Part shown: one piece after another, positions 26,134-39,984 of the stretch
Position numbering within the stretch: the first letter of the stretch is position 1
Layout of the letters: each line of letters starts with the position of its first letter
From: Octopus vulgaris
Lineage: Eukaryota
DNA length: 64,000 nt
Reading direction: 5' to 3'
Assembly: GCA_951406725.2 (NCBI GenBank)
Contig: OX597833.1
Span: forward strand, 5,270,001 to 5,334,000
Notes under the pieces: model-generated
What the model was told of the DNA's origin: nothing
Databases searched by the model: none
The model's input: the letters and a program-made list of their open reading frames with translations, nothing else
Made by a program: the position numbers and the translations under genes

Positions 26134-27719
26134 TAGGATGGAGCGAAAAAGGTACTTTTACACAAAAGTTTCAAAATCGGTTTTTAAGAATATATATTTT
26201 TTTTTTTTCTGAAATACTTTAAAACCAACTGCGTTAAAATCTGAAGTTCTCACATTTACATCTTCAGGCTCCGAAACTCACTTGAAATTTTGAAGAATGA
26301 GTTCAAAATCAATTTATAACTCGTTGCCGTTCCTCATTTTATTTTTTACATTTAGTTTTTCGAGTTTATTTTCTTTTGTAAAATTTTTTTCAAAGCAAGA
26401 TTGTTTAACTGTCAAGCTCTAAAATTTATATCTTCAGGCTCCACAACGCACTTGAAATTTCCAAATTATGTGAAATAAATAGACTTTCCGACTTTGTTTT
26501 TCTGTATAATTTTTGAAACTAGGTCACCGAATATGTGTGTTACATGAGGTCTAGATTGCACACATACATTAAAATAAATGAAACAAATTGTCGAGATTGT
26601 AGCAGAAAATATAATTCTTCTTTGGCAGAAGGCAGCCACCGCTCCTCTTAAGACTGAGACAGTTAAACCGAAAATCTTAAACTTTCGTTTGCTGACGGTC
26701 GATGGCGACTGTGATCTGACTGATTCTTTCTCATCAACCTCTGAACGTTCTCTTTAGATGCTGTTTGATCTATTCTGTCAATGATCAGTTTTCGATTTGT
26801 CCGTTGATCCTGTAAAAAATCTTGTTCTCTCTGTGGCACTTTTTTTGTCCCTCCTACAACTGCAGGCTTTAAAGGAGTTGCACTTGCAACAGGAAACGTC
26901 AAATATTTTGTTGCATAGTTTTTAAACATATTACACTCTGTTTGAAATGGAGGCACATTTTTTCTAATGTTTGGTAATTTACATAAAAGTTTACGATTTT
27001 AGGTTTAATTGACTCAATCGTAACACAAGGGATTTTTTTTTGCCAAAGAAGAGTTATCTTTTCTACTGCAATCTTGACAATTTGTTTAACTGAAGGATTT
27101 TTCTTAACGACATTCTCTTCTTTTTCTCGTTCAAATAAAATACATTTTAGGACATCCTTTTAAGCTGGCAAAACTCGCTCGCTAAGATCCCATGGAGTAC
27201 CAAATATTGCGCATTCAGTATCATGACGCGTTATTGGCTTACGAATCATTACTAAATGTAAGCAACACTAAATTTAACACGATCATTAATTTCAATACAA
27301 TGGCCTAAAGTCAATGTACAAAGCAGACAACTTCACACGCGTACGACGTACGTCCACACGCAACGACCGTTGCAGCAGCACCGGAGAGAAGTTCACACTC
27401 CCGGTATCTTTATTGTCAATGCGGAACCTCAGGATATAAATCAATTCTATTGCAAATCGATATGCAACCTCTTAAGGATATTATATTTGCTGTTTTGTAT
27501 TCTTCTATGTAAAAATATGTATTCGTTATGGTTTATAATCCATGAAATCAAAAATCCGACCAAAAGTAAAGATTTAAACAATTTTTCAATTGCGTTGCAG
27601 AGCCTGAAAAAATATTTAACCGCAAATTTCTTTATATACCTTTGTCTTAACCCTAACTCGTAACAAAATATCGATTCTTGGTTACCAATTTCGAAAGCTG
27701 CATTTTTCGCTGCACCCTA
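26134..27719 (-). mobile_element. Internally deleted hAT (hATm-type) DNA transposon, ~1.59 kb
   Basis: TIRs TAGGATGGAGCGAAAAA (26134) and TTTTTCGCTGCACCCTA (27719); imperfect 8-bp flanks ATATACAT/ATATATAA. Minus-strand remnants KDVLKCIL..KITLLWQK..IPC, KIFDVSCCKC and KKVPQREQDFLQDQRTNRKLIIDRID resemble the hATm N-terminal motifs as I recall them (LFDI..CKC..KVP..E..FL.DQR..RKM.I). Confidence 0.8.
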
Positions 27720-27869
27720 ATATATAAATATATAAAGGAATGGGAAAAAAGAGAAATTAGGGCGGTGGGAAATATAAAAATATATCGCAAAGCCTTCTAC
27801 AAGTTCGCGAATGAGTCTGTCTCAGTATACAGATAAGACCACTGCAGATAATTTTTCAGAGTTTCCTTG

Positions 27870-29230
27870 CATGTAGAAAACTTCCAAATCTGTTAAAAGA
27901 GGGTATCATATGCCCTATCCATAAAGGAGGAAGTAGAGCAGATGCTAAAAAAGTATAGGCCTATCTCACTGACTTCACATGTTAGCAAGGTCGTGGAATA
28001 TATTGTCAGAAGGAGACTGGTCACATTCCTGGAGGAGAATAACTTGCTCACAAACACACGCATGGTTTCCGCCCAGGGAGGAGCTGCCTCACACGGTAGC
28101 TACAACATTATGACTGGGTACTGAAGCAGTAGCTCAGCCTCACAAATGTGGATGTGATATAACTCGACTTTGTCGAGGCCTTTGACAAGATTGATCATGG
28201 GATAATACGTCACACACTACGCGACCTTGGAATCACAGGAAAACTGTGAGAGTAGCTGTACGATTTTGTAAAGGACAGAAGTCAGTCAGGCAGTTGCAGC
28301 CAATGGTGATCTGTCTGGGAATACATCAATCCGCAGCGGAGTTCCTCAGCAGATACGCCGATGATACAAAAGTATCTCAGGCGACCATGAGCCCCGATGA
28401 CATAGTAAAACTGCAAAGTGACCAGCATGCAATATATAAATGGGCTGATGAAAGTAACATGTAGTTCAATGCTGATAAGTTTCAAGTACTTCGCTATCGG
28501 CCCACAAATAGACTACAGTCGGACCATTACTGGGAGAAGCTACAAGAACTGAAGCTCCACTTCCAGGAGAGAAGATGAGGAAGGTATGCAGTGATATGGA
28601 AGATCCTGGAACGTTCTAATTCCCAACTTTGGAATTAAAGCTATACCAACCACCAAAGATACCAAAGATACCGTCTTCTTCATCTTAGATAAGGAACCAT
28701 GAGGGCGCGTGGCTTAGTGGTTAGGGCATTCGGCTCATGATCGTAAGGTTGTGAGTTCGATTCCCGGCGACGCGTTGTGTCCTTGAGCAAGACACTTTAT
28801 TTCACGTTGCTCCAGTCCACTCAGCTGGCAAAAATGAGTTGTACTTGTATTTCAAAGGGTCAGCCTTGTCACTCTCTGTGTCACGCTGATTATCCCCGAG
28901 AACTACGTTAAGGGTACACGTGTCTGTGGAATGCTCAGCCATTTGCACGTTAATTTCACGAGCAAGCTGTTCCGTTGATCGTATCAACTGGGACCCTCGT
29001 CGTCGTAACCGGCGGAGTCTTTAAAAAAAAAAAAAGAAGATAAGGAACCAGTTTTGCAAAAGTTTGGGCTTCAGGGGACCACGACTGTTTAACATTCTGT
29101 CTAGGAACCTACGAGATATGCAAGGTGGAGCTGCGAAAACGTTCAAGAAGCACCTGGACAAATTCCTATCCGAAATCCCAAATGGGCCCACATCATGACA
29201 GGAGGCACAATGACGAATAGCTTCGTCCGG
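27870..29230 (+). mobile_element. Degraded CR1/L2-group LINE reverse transcriptase, interrupted by a SINE
   Basis: ICPIHKGGSR..YRPISLTSHVSKV.E..HGFRPGRSC..LDF.EAFDKIDH..YADDTK..W..NM.FN.DK, with stops and deletions; continues after 29050. Confidence 0.85.
28700..29037 (+). mobile_element. CORE-type SINE (family C, tail Y) with A-rich tail and 13-bp TSD
   Basis: GTGGCTTAGTGG..GAGTTCGATTCCC head, GTGTCCTTGAGCAAGACACTT core, A-run; TSD AGATAAGGAACCA at 28687-28699 and 29038-29050. Confidence 0.9.
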
Positions 29231-29259
29231 CTCACTTCTTCACTAAAATCGGTACCGAA

Positions 29260-29502
29260 TTTGTGTGTGCATGTGTGTGTGTATGTTTGTGTGTCTGTGT
29301 TTGCCCCCCCCCCCACAACATCGCTTGACAACCGATGCTAGTGTGTTTACGTCCCCGTAAGTTAGCGGTTCGCCAAAAGATACCGATAGAATAAGTACAA
29401 GGTTTACAAAGAATAAGTCCTGGGGTAGATTTGCTCGACTAAAGGCGGTGCTCCAGCATGACCACAGTCAAATGATTGAAACAAGTAAAAGAGTAAAAGA
29501 GT
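29260..29502 (+). mobile_element. Family D SINE, 3' half
   Basis: CATCGCTTGACAACCGATGC..GACTAAAGGCGGTGCTCCAGCATG..GAAACAAGTAAAAGAG. Confidence 0.85.
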
Positions 29503-29849
29503 ATATGTACATATATACATAATGCATGTATATACAAATGCTATTATATGCGCATATAAACCCACGTATATCTACATACATATACGTATAGATATTTATA
29601 CATATATGCACATAAATACGTATATATATAAAGATGTGTGTGTGTGTGTGTGTGTGTAGTATTTGTTAATAATAAACGAATTCCTTTCATGTTTATCAAG
29701 CTCTTTGATAAGATGACTTACATAGAAGAAATATTTTCGCGATATTGCGAAATATTTATTTGTCTTAATACCACACAGAAACACACATGTACACACACAC
29801 ACACGCCCCCACACCTACAGACGCACGCATACATACATACATACATACA

Positions 29850-29883
<34 letters not shown>

Positions 29884-29995
29884 CACACCCACGCATGTGT
29901 GTGAGTATATATATATATATACACCACATCATGAAGTTTATAGCAACAATAAACAGAAATCAAATTATTGATATTTCATATATACATATATACAC

Positions 29996-30144
<149 letters not shown>

Positions 30145-30199
30145 GAGTAATTTGATTTCTGTTTATTGTTCCTATAAACGTCATGCGGTTCTTGTTACG

Positions 30200-30760
<561 letters not shown>

Positions 30761-30791
30761 CTGTCTGTCTGTCTGTCTGTCTATATGTATG

Positions 30792-30872
<81 letters not shown>

Positions 30873-30879
30873 ATAGATA

Positions 30880-31428
30880 CGAGGGTGAGTCAAAAAGCCA
30901 TTTTGTTCAGGACAGGTGTAATTACCTGGAACATGTATCATACATGAAATTACACAGGAACATGTATCATACATGAAAATGAAGCCGGTCCTCTGTGGAT
31001 CACATCCCTACTTCTCAACATAGTCACCGTTTCTCTCAATAGCAATGATCCACCTTCGAATGAGAGCATGTATCCCTGCCCCGTAAAATTCTGTTGACTG
31101 TTCTTTGAGCCACTTCTTCACTCCGGTTTTCACTTCTTCATCACTGGAATAAGGTTTGCCTCTCAAACCTTGTTTCATTGGCCCGAAGAGATGACAATCC
31201 AGTGACGAGGAAGTGGCTCAAAGAACAGTCAACAGAATTTTACGGGGCAGGGATACATGCTCTCATTCAAAGATGGAACATTGCTATTGAGAGAAACGGT
31301 GACTATGTTGAGAAGTAGGGATGTGATCCACAGAGGACCAGCTTCATTTTGATGTATGATACATGTTCCTGTGTTGGAAATTATACTTGTCCCAAACCAA
31401 AATGGCATTACTTTATGATTCACCCACG
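30880..31428. mobile_element. Mariner foldback element built from two inverted transposase 3' ends, TA-flanked
   Basis: TA|CGAGGGTGAGTCAAAAAG ... CTTTATGATTCACCCACG|TA. Right arm (+) encodes KWLKEQSTEFYGAGIHALIQRWNIAIERNGDYVEK*; left arm (-) encodes LFGPMKQGLRGKPYSSDEEVKTGVKKWLKEQSTEFYGAGIHALIRRW..GDYVEK*. Confidence 0.88.
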
Positions 31429-31627
31429 TACATAAAATTAAGAAGGATAGAGGCAAATATATATGTGTGTGTGTGTGTGTGAACGCATCTTTGTATATTG
31501 TGGAGGATTTCGACAATTTGAAATGGATTGAATGAATATATACACTGACCTTTGAAATTTGCTTCCCTCCTTAATTTTATATTCCTGAAGCCCCATTAGA
31601 GCGCTAATTAGTTGAGGTGTATAAAGC

Positions 31628-31717
<90 letters not shown>

Positions 31718-32213
31718 TTATGCATTGATACACTCACACCCGCGCACACTCATGCATATGTGCGCACACCTGGATGTATCTGTTTATGTCTATTGCTTAT
31801 GTGTATGTAATGTGTGTGCATGTGCGTGTGCGTGTTTGTGTGTAGGTATAAAAATAAGACCAACTAGAAACGGCCGCTGGGTGCGCACCGATCAAAAATA
31901 ACCAAACCAAAATCAAAGAAAATCTAAAAAGAAACAACAAAGCGAACAAATAAAAACACTGAAGCGCAACAAGAAGCGAAACCAACAGTGGCACAGTCAA
32001 CCCATGGCACATAAAACCCGTGGCACAGTAAATGGATAGTGTAAAAATGGCAAACAGAATAAGGTGGTGCGAAACCATTAACGGATTAGTGTTACTGTTA
32101 TTGATGTTGTTGTTTTTGTTGTTAAGTTGTTTAGTGGTGATTTAGGTCATGTGACGTAGCACTTCTTATCAATATGACCACCATACAATTTATACCATAT
32201 ATATATACATATA

Positions 32214-32309
<96 letters not shown>

Positions 32310-32622
32310 TATGTACATATATATATATATATATATATGTGTATATATATATATATATGTACATATATATATACATATATATATATATATAGATATATAT
32401 ATATATACATATATATATACATATATATGTATATACACACACACATATATATATGTATACATTGATATACACATACCTACATAAAAACATATGTATATAC
32501 ATATATATATACACACATATATATGTATATACGTATATATATATATGTATACATTTATATACACATACCTACATAAAACTTATGTATATACATATATATA
32601 TGTATATATGTATATGTGTGAG

Positions 32623-32686
<64 letters not shown>

Positions 32687-32687
<1 letters not shown>

Positions 32688-32880
32688 GTCCCGGGTTGAG
32701 TCGGGGTTAACCACAGTAAATAAGGTACTCAATACATAGCAGAGTAAATTAATTTATTTTATAGAAGGAGCTTCTACAGGACTAGAACTGTTTCATTCAA
32801 ATGAAATCATCAGAAGCTTCCTGATGATTTCATTTGAATGAAACAGTTCTAGTCCTGTAGAAGCTCCTTCTATAAAATAA

Positions 32881-32882
<2 letters not shown>
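32687..32882. mobile_element. Penelope-like fragment with a perfect 62-bp inverted repeat
   Basis: Arms 32752-32813 and 32821-32882, spacer AAGCTTC; embedded between (TG)n and (TA)n. Confidence 0.7.
32815..32865 (+). ncRNA. Type I hammerhead ribozyme with all three stems
   Basis: AGCTTC-CTGATGA-T-TTC(attt)GAA-T-GAA-ACAG(ttctagtc)CTGT-A-GAAGCT: stem I AGCTTC/GAAGCT, stem III ACAG/CTGT, GUA cleavage triplet, short stem II with a U-U pair at its base. Confidence 0.75.
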
Positions 32883-32937
<55 letters not shown>

Positions 32938-33714
32938 GTGTGTGTGTGTATACATATATATATAAATATATATATGTATATACATACATATATGTATATA
33001 CATACATATATGTATATACATATATTTCATTCATGCATCCATATTATATGCATATAAACGCCTGTTAACATAATACGCTGCTGTGAGACACTAAGTTACG
33101 CAACGTGAGTTTAAGGTGTTAGTCACTTTTAGATTCGAACAACAAACAAAATAAAAAATATTAATCACACTCAAAGAACGAACTCTCTGATGCCTTAATT
33201 TAAATAATAACAACGGTAGTATTAGTAGTAGTAGTAGTAGTAGTAGTTTGTAACTTAGGCACACATTTTTTTTTGGGCGGGGGGGAAACAAAGTCTAACC
33301 GATTACGGCAATCTTTTGCGCTTAACAGGCACCGACATTTATATCGTGGACCATCCATGGAATGCGAACTCGTGCCTGAAGGGCTGGAGTGAGAAGTTGT
33401 AATAAACTTCAGGGGTATTTGGTGTCAGGGGGCAAAAGTTAAAACATAGAAGTTTGACTGTAGGGACACTGGAGCTTTGTGAGGGTTGAAATCCACAGGC
33501 ACACTAGATTTTTGAAGGATGAAATTAGTAGGTAATTTAAACATCTGTAGGGTGAGGTCAGTAGATACAATAAGGTCTCTGTAAGGGGAAATCAGTTGGG
33601 AAATAAGATCTCTGTAGGGGGATATCAGTAGGCACACTAGACCCTTCTAGGGTAAAGTTAATAGGTACACTAGATTTTATCGTTATGAATAAGGGGTCAT
33701 GACCAAAAGAGCAC

Positions 33715-33850
33715 CATCGCAAGTTCTGCGGCCGAAAAGGGTTCCTCGGAAGGAGCTCCAGAATAACCTTACCCGACAGGGTTCGTAGCTCGGACATCAG
33801 GGAGTCACTCCAGGTCGAGTCGCTACTTCTCTGTATTGAGAGATATTAGG
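33715..33850 (+). pseudogene. RTE (Expander/Rex3-like) LINE fragment
   Basis: EKGFLGRSSRITLPDRVRSSDIRESLQVESLLLCIER resembles the post-RT RTE motif FLRR..TL.DRVRSS.IR..L.VEPLLL.IER. Confidence 0.6.
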
Positions 33851-34629
33851 GATTTGGGACTACTATATCGCAGGAAAGACTCGCAAGATCTCTGTGGGGC
33901 GGATATTATTGGACAAACTAGATCCTTCTGTGCTGAAATTATCAGAGAAGAATCGCGGGATAAATTCTTCAAGATGGTCCAAAAGACAGAAGAACGCTGG
34001 GTAGACTGTGAACGAGATGGTTGGACAATATCCATAGTCCCGTTGGTCATGCTTGGAAGTTCAGGCAGAAAGTGTAATGGAAGTTGCTTGTGAGAGGACT
34101 CTATGGAAGAGGGCCATGGGAATTCTATTGCAACAACTGGCAGAAGACCTAGGGGTAGATCAAAAACGGGATGTTGTATAATACCCATAGTCCCAATTGG
34201 TCACGCTTGGGAACCCAGCCGAAAAGTTTGGCTGCTTGTGACAGAAACCTATAGAGGAGGTGACTGAGGACCCTCTCCACATGACCCTATCAGGAATAGT
34301 GTGCAGAAAGAAACAGAGGGATGAAGTAGATTCTACTGGGATGAAGTCAGTAGGCAGACAAGACTCCTTTGGCAAAGGGACGTAACTCAACAGTACATGC
34401 GAACAACCGATGCAAAACGACAATAGAAAGTCAAACAGGAAGGACCTTAACAGCTCTTTCCGGCGCTCTCATCAATCTGCAGCACCACAACCTTTGCAGA
34501 ACCTGAAATAAGGAAATTGATAACGAAACGAAACTGAAGGAGGAAAATAATAACAAAAGAATAAATGAATAAAAATATATATAAATAAAAATAACGACTA
34601 CTCTTGAAGAGATTTACAGTGTGTGTGTG

Positions 34630-34675
<46 letters not shown>

Positions 34676-34743
34676 TATACACACACAAATACGGATATTC
34701 TTATATACATAAACATATCTTATATGCATACACACACGTATAT

Positions 34744-34796
<53 letters not shown>

Positions 34797-34809
34797 CATA
34801 CATACATAC

Positions 34810-34885
<76 letters not shown>

Positions 34886-35079
34886 CGTTTTTAGATTTGG
34901 TTTGCAAGATTCTTTATATGTGTTCGTGTGTTGAAGCATATTCTGTTGTGTCTGGGAGTCATTCTCTTTTTGTGCCTTATCATTTAACACACTCACCGAA
35001 AATTTCCCCTTATTTCTTATTTCTTTTATATATATAAATATTTCTATCTGCCTCTTTCATCTTTCTCTATTTGTGTGCG

Positions 35080-35134
<55 letters not shown>

Positions 35135-35292
35135 ATTTACATGTGTGTGCGTATGTGCGTGTGTAATACTAGAAAAATAGTACTGTTGTTCTATTGATCA
35201 CCTTCATAATTTGATAATTGCTACGAACGAAATTCCTATCCCTGCAGACACTCTTGTAATTGGAAGTAATGTGAATTACTTCAAATTTTGTG

Positions 35293-35590
35293 AAGGCCCA
35301 TGGCCTAGTTGTTAAAGCAGCGGACTCGCAGTCGAGGGATCGCCAGTTCGAATCTCTGACCAGGCTATGTGTGTGTTTACCTAAGCTCCCTGCGGCTCCG
35401 ACAGAAGGTAATGGCGAACTTCTGCTACTCTTTCGCCACAACTTTCTCTCACTCTTTTCCTCCTGCATCTTGCAGCTCATCTGCGACGGACTGGCGTCCC
35501 GTCCAGGTGGGGAAACTATACGCCAATAAAACCGGGAAACCGGCCCTTATGAGACAGGCATGGCTCGAGAAGGAACAAACAATACAATAA
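35293..35590 (+). mobile_element. tRNA-derived SINE, family A (tail type 3)
   Basis: ATGGCCTAGTTG..GCGGACTCGCAGTC..GTTCGAATC head; shared body; tail GACTGGCGTCCCGTCCAGGTGGGG..GGGAAACCGGCCCTTATGAG..GAGAAGGAACAAAC. Confidence 0.8.
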
Positions 35591-36099
35591 CAACTTCCAA
35601 TTTTGGCTTAATGCCACCAATCTTAGAAGAAGAGAGTAAGTCAATTACATCGACCCCAGTTCTTGACTGGTACTATATTTTGTCGACCCCGAAAGGATAA
35701 AAGGTAATGCTGACCTCGTTGTAACTTGAACTTGAAACTAATATTTATTTACTTTACTATAGTTATAGATATATTTCACTCTACACATTGTATTGAGCAC
35801 TTCGTATTTTGTTGGTGAAACCATTTCCGGATTATATTCAATTATATATACACACATGTATGTATGTATGCTGCATGTATGTCATTATTCAATTTTATTT
35901 CGAGATCTCTTACCAATAGAGAAAGAACTGGTTTCTAACCTAGATCCAAGGCTCCTTCATTGGAATTTCACCAACACCAACAGAGTATTTATGCATTTGT
36001 GTGTGTGTGTGTGTGTGTGTGTTCACAGTATTTGCAGTCAATATGTGTGTTGTTCTATGTATGTATTCTCTTGCATATAGTTGCATGTCTAGACATGCG

Positions 36100-36140
<41 letters not shown>

Positions 36141-36233
36141 GTATATATGTATACACATACATATATATATATACATACATATATATAAATATATATATAT
36201 ATACATATACACATGCATATATATATATATGTG

Positions 36234-36337
<104 letters not shown>

Positions 36338-36470
36338 TTTGTCTATCTGAATGCACACATATTCCCGTATTCGTTGATATGCACACGCAGAAAATAATAA
36401 AATACGAATAAGAATAAAAACAACAAAATAATAATCACAATAACAAAAACATTAACAACAATACTAATGC

Positions 36471-36513
<43 letters not shown>

Positions 36514-36541
36514 TATAATAATAATAATAATAATGATATTG

Positions 36542-36599
<58 letters not shown>

Positions 36600-36644
36600 C
36601 AACAACAACAACAAAAACAACAATAATAATAACAACAACAATAA

Positions 36645-36931
36645 TACTTCCTTTATTGGTTACCAGGCTGAACACAAAACAGAGGACGACACACAGACGA
36701 GAGACAGTGATGTTAGACGTGTAAACAGCAAACAACGATTAACAAAGAGATTAAATTAAGAATATGCTTCCCTAATAGGGGTGAGTTCCACCGTAAGGTG
36801 ACCAAGGAAACCACACGCACTTTGGACCCTTCAACACCAAAGGCTCATCAAGAAGGCACCCCTTCTTCTCCCCTCCATCCGGCGCTCACTTAGAGTTGGC
36901 CCATTCACGCGGGCCATTCTTGCCGCATTCA
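36645..36931 (-). mobile_element. Probable LINE 3' end inserted in (TAA/CAA)n
   Basis: Minus strand ends TGTGTTCAGCCTGGTAACCAATAAAGGAAG + (TAT/TGT)n, resembling the ends at 30.4/30.67 kb and the family B SINE tail; flanked by TAA repeats. Confidence 0.45.
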
Positions 36932-38309
36932 CAATAATAATAATAAAATGAAATGTTTGGATTCTGATGCATTTGCCCTCCCTCAATGATATCAGAGACG
37001 AAATGGCAGCGGTTTCAATCAGATATCAAAACTTGCACTGAATCTGTTGCCTGTGAACTGTCTATTCACACCAGGAATGACTACCACGAAAAATGCAGCA
37101 TTTAAATAAAATTGAAAATACCCCTGAAACACTGGGTTTCATTTTACTAATTTGTCTGATTGGAAAGAAGAGAACTCATTATTCTTTTTTTCCCCCGTTT
37201 TATTTTAAATTTCATTTTTTGTACGCAGAGACTTCGAAACAGGTGTTAGGATGGGCAGTAGGAAACTTACCCTCAAACCGGAGTAACTCTGTGCAGATCT
37301 TTGCAGAAGTGTGACCTCTTGCTAAAGACACCGAAACACTAAGATGGCGGTGTTAAACAGGGGGATGGATGAAGTCTATAACTACTCGCGAAATCGGAAT
37401 GCAAACGGAGGGCAGAAATACCTCAAGGTATCTCGTCCGAGGTTCTAACAATTCTACCTGTCTACTGTTATGAAATGGTACTGAAATGGCTGTTATCAGC
37501 CCCGAAATGATAGAATAACAAAGATGTCTTCGGCGGGATTTGAACTCGGGGTGCATAGATCCTGAACAAATTCCGCACGGCATTTTGTCTTTCACTTTAA
37601 CAATTCTGTCAATTTGCTAACCATATAGAAGAAAGAAAAGGAAAGAAGAAAAAGAGAGGTGGAGTAGAAAGAAGATGAATGAGGAGGGGAGGAGCGGGAG
37701 GGATAGTAGAAAGAAGAAGAGGGAGAAGGTAGAGAAGGGAGAAAGAAGAAGAAGAAGAAGAAGAAGAAGAAGAAGAAGAAGAAGAAGAAGAAGAAGAAGA
37801 AGAAGAAGAAGAAGAAGATGGCGATGACATATGATGAAAATGTATCGGAATTCGAACCCTGGTATTCGATTCTAATGCCTGTGACTTTACCGTTACATCA
37901 GAGACACATCCCAGTTCCAAATGATGATCGATATAGTAAAGGCTTTCAAAGTTTCCTCAAGAGAACTAATCGGTGAATTGTTGGAGTCCTCGAAACAGCG
38001 AAGGTAAGTTTTCAGCCCTCTACGATCTGAGTTCAAATTCCGCCAAGGTCAACTATGCCTTACATTCTTCGGGGATTCGCTTAAAATAAAGTGCCAGGCA
38101 GCTATTTCCTCTTTCTGCCGTTCCTAGCAAGTCGAACGACCTCGTAGCGGCTCTTTTGGATGGTCGTCTGCCAAAACTGTAATTTATGATAGTAATTGTG
38201 GTGGTGGTGGTGGAGAGGGGTTGTGGCGGTTGCGGTGGGGGTGGTGATGGTGTTGGTGAAGAAATATGATGAACATCTTAGAATTTTTCTCCAGTACCAA
38301 GAATCCGTC

Positions 38310-39362
38310 TTTTGAGGTTAATGACATAAGTCGTACGAGATTAACAATCAATCTTAAGAAGCTAATGACCAATCTTAAGTGATTAATCATCAGTTATATA
38401 AATGTAATGATCAATGGTACGAACTTATGACCAATCTTATGAATTTAATTGCTAATTTTATAATTTTAATGAGTAACTATATGAACTTAATAATCAGTGT
38501 AATGAGGTTAATGACAAATCATAAAAGTTTTGTGACCAGTCATATAACTTCAACGACTCGTCTTACAAGCTTAATGATGCCAGTCTCATGAGATTACTTT
38601 GTAGTATAATGAGTTTTATTACTTACTCTCTTTACTCTTTTACTCTTTTATTTGTTTCAGTCATTTGACTGCGGCCATGCTGGAGCACCACCTTTAGTCG
38701 AGCAAATCGACCCCGGGACTTATTCTTTGTAAGCCCAGTACTTAGTCTATCGGTCTCTTTTTGCCGAACCGCTAAGTGACGGGGACGTAAACACACCAGC
38801 ATCGGTTGTCAAGCGATGGTGGGGGGACAAACACAGACACACAAACACACACACACACATACATACACATATATATACATATATACGACAGACTTCTTTC
38901 AGTTTCCGTCTACCAAATCCACTCACAAGGCATTGGTCGGCTCGAGGCTATAGTAGAAGACACTTGCCCAAGATGCCACGCAGTGGGACTGAACCCGGAA
39001 CCATGTGGTTGGTTAGCAAGCTACTTACCACACAGCCACTCCTGCGCCTATATATATGAGTTTAATGACACAGAGGGCAACGACCAATCATAAGAGTTTA
39101 ACTTCCTCTTATGACAGTTCAATGACTCTTATTACAAGCTTAATGATCCATGTCTTATGAACTTAAAACCAATTTTACGAGGTTAATGACCAGCATGGTG
39201 AGCTTTTTTTACTAGTCTTAAGAGGGTAATGACCAGTCATAGAGTGATTCACCTCATAAGGTTAATGACACCAATCTTATGAAGTTAGATAATAGTCTTA
39301 TGAATTTAATCGGTCAGTCACAAGAGTTTAACGATCAGTCTTATGAAGTTAAAACCAGTCTT
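38310..39362. repeat. Diverged 21-bp minisatellite (consensus ~TTAATGACCAATCTTATGAAC) split by a SINE
   Basis: Recurrent TTAATGACCA(A/G)TC(T/A)TA with ~21-bp period at 38310-38610 and 39055-39362. Confidence 0.75.
38620..39048 (-). mobile_element. Full-length family D SINE
   Basis: Reverse complement of the 23831-24235 copy, including the (GAGTAAAA)n tail. Confidence 0.9.
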
Positions 39363-39984
39363 AGAGTCAGACAACGTCATGTGTCTCGATTGTCTTTGTG
39401 CAAAGAGAACGCGATTATTCGTGAAGCTTCCGGTATTTTTACGAACCAAGGAGTCACGCGTGGTCTGAGCCCCTGCTAGAAAAATTAACTAAATCTTCTT
39501 CAAAAAATTTCCCTACTGCAGGGTTCCACACGTTTTGACTTGTGGCACATTGGAGATAAACATGAAAAAATTACTGACACATTCCTCGTAGAAAGTGAAA
39601 CAATATATATATATAGGCGTACACACATATATGACTGTTCCTTATCAACATTATAACTTCTATTACTATTAACATCACTGCCACCACCATCATTACACAG
39701 ACAAACCATACCACTGTGCATGTCGTTCTCCCGCCATTCCAAATTGCAACAGAACCTTCTGATCCTTCGCCAAGAATATTTCTACCAACTCTATAGAATG
39801 CTCTGTAGAACCCTCCAACCCGCTCCCTGCCCTCAGTAAAGATGGCTCCGTTAGCCGTACATCCACTTGCTGAAAAAGCCTTCATATTTTCTGGTCGTCT
39901 CGGTTCTGACTCCGCACCGCCTCCCGTACTCAACAAAACTCCGCCCAAATACTCTTTCTTTCCCACGTGCACAAACTCCCAAAG

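Noticed and set aside
38310-39362. CRISPR-like array
   Set aside because: Contiguous degenerate 21-mers without unique spacers, eukaryotic context, no cas genes.
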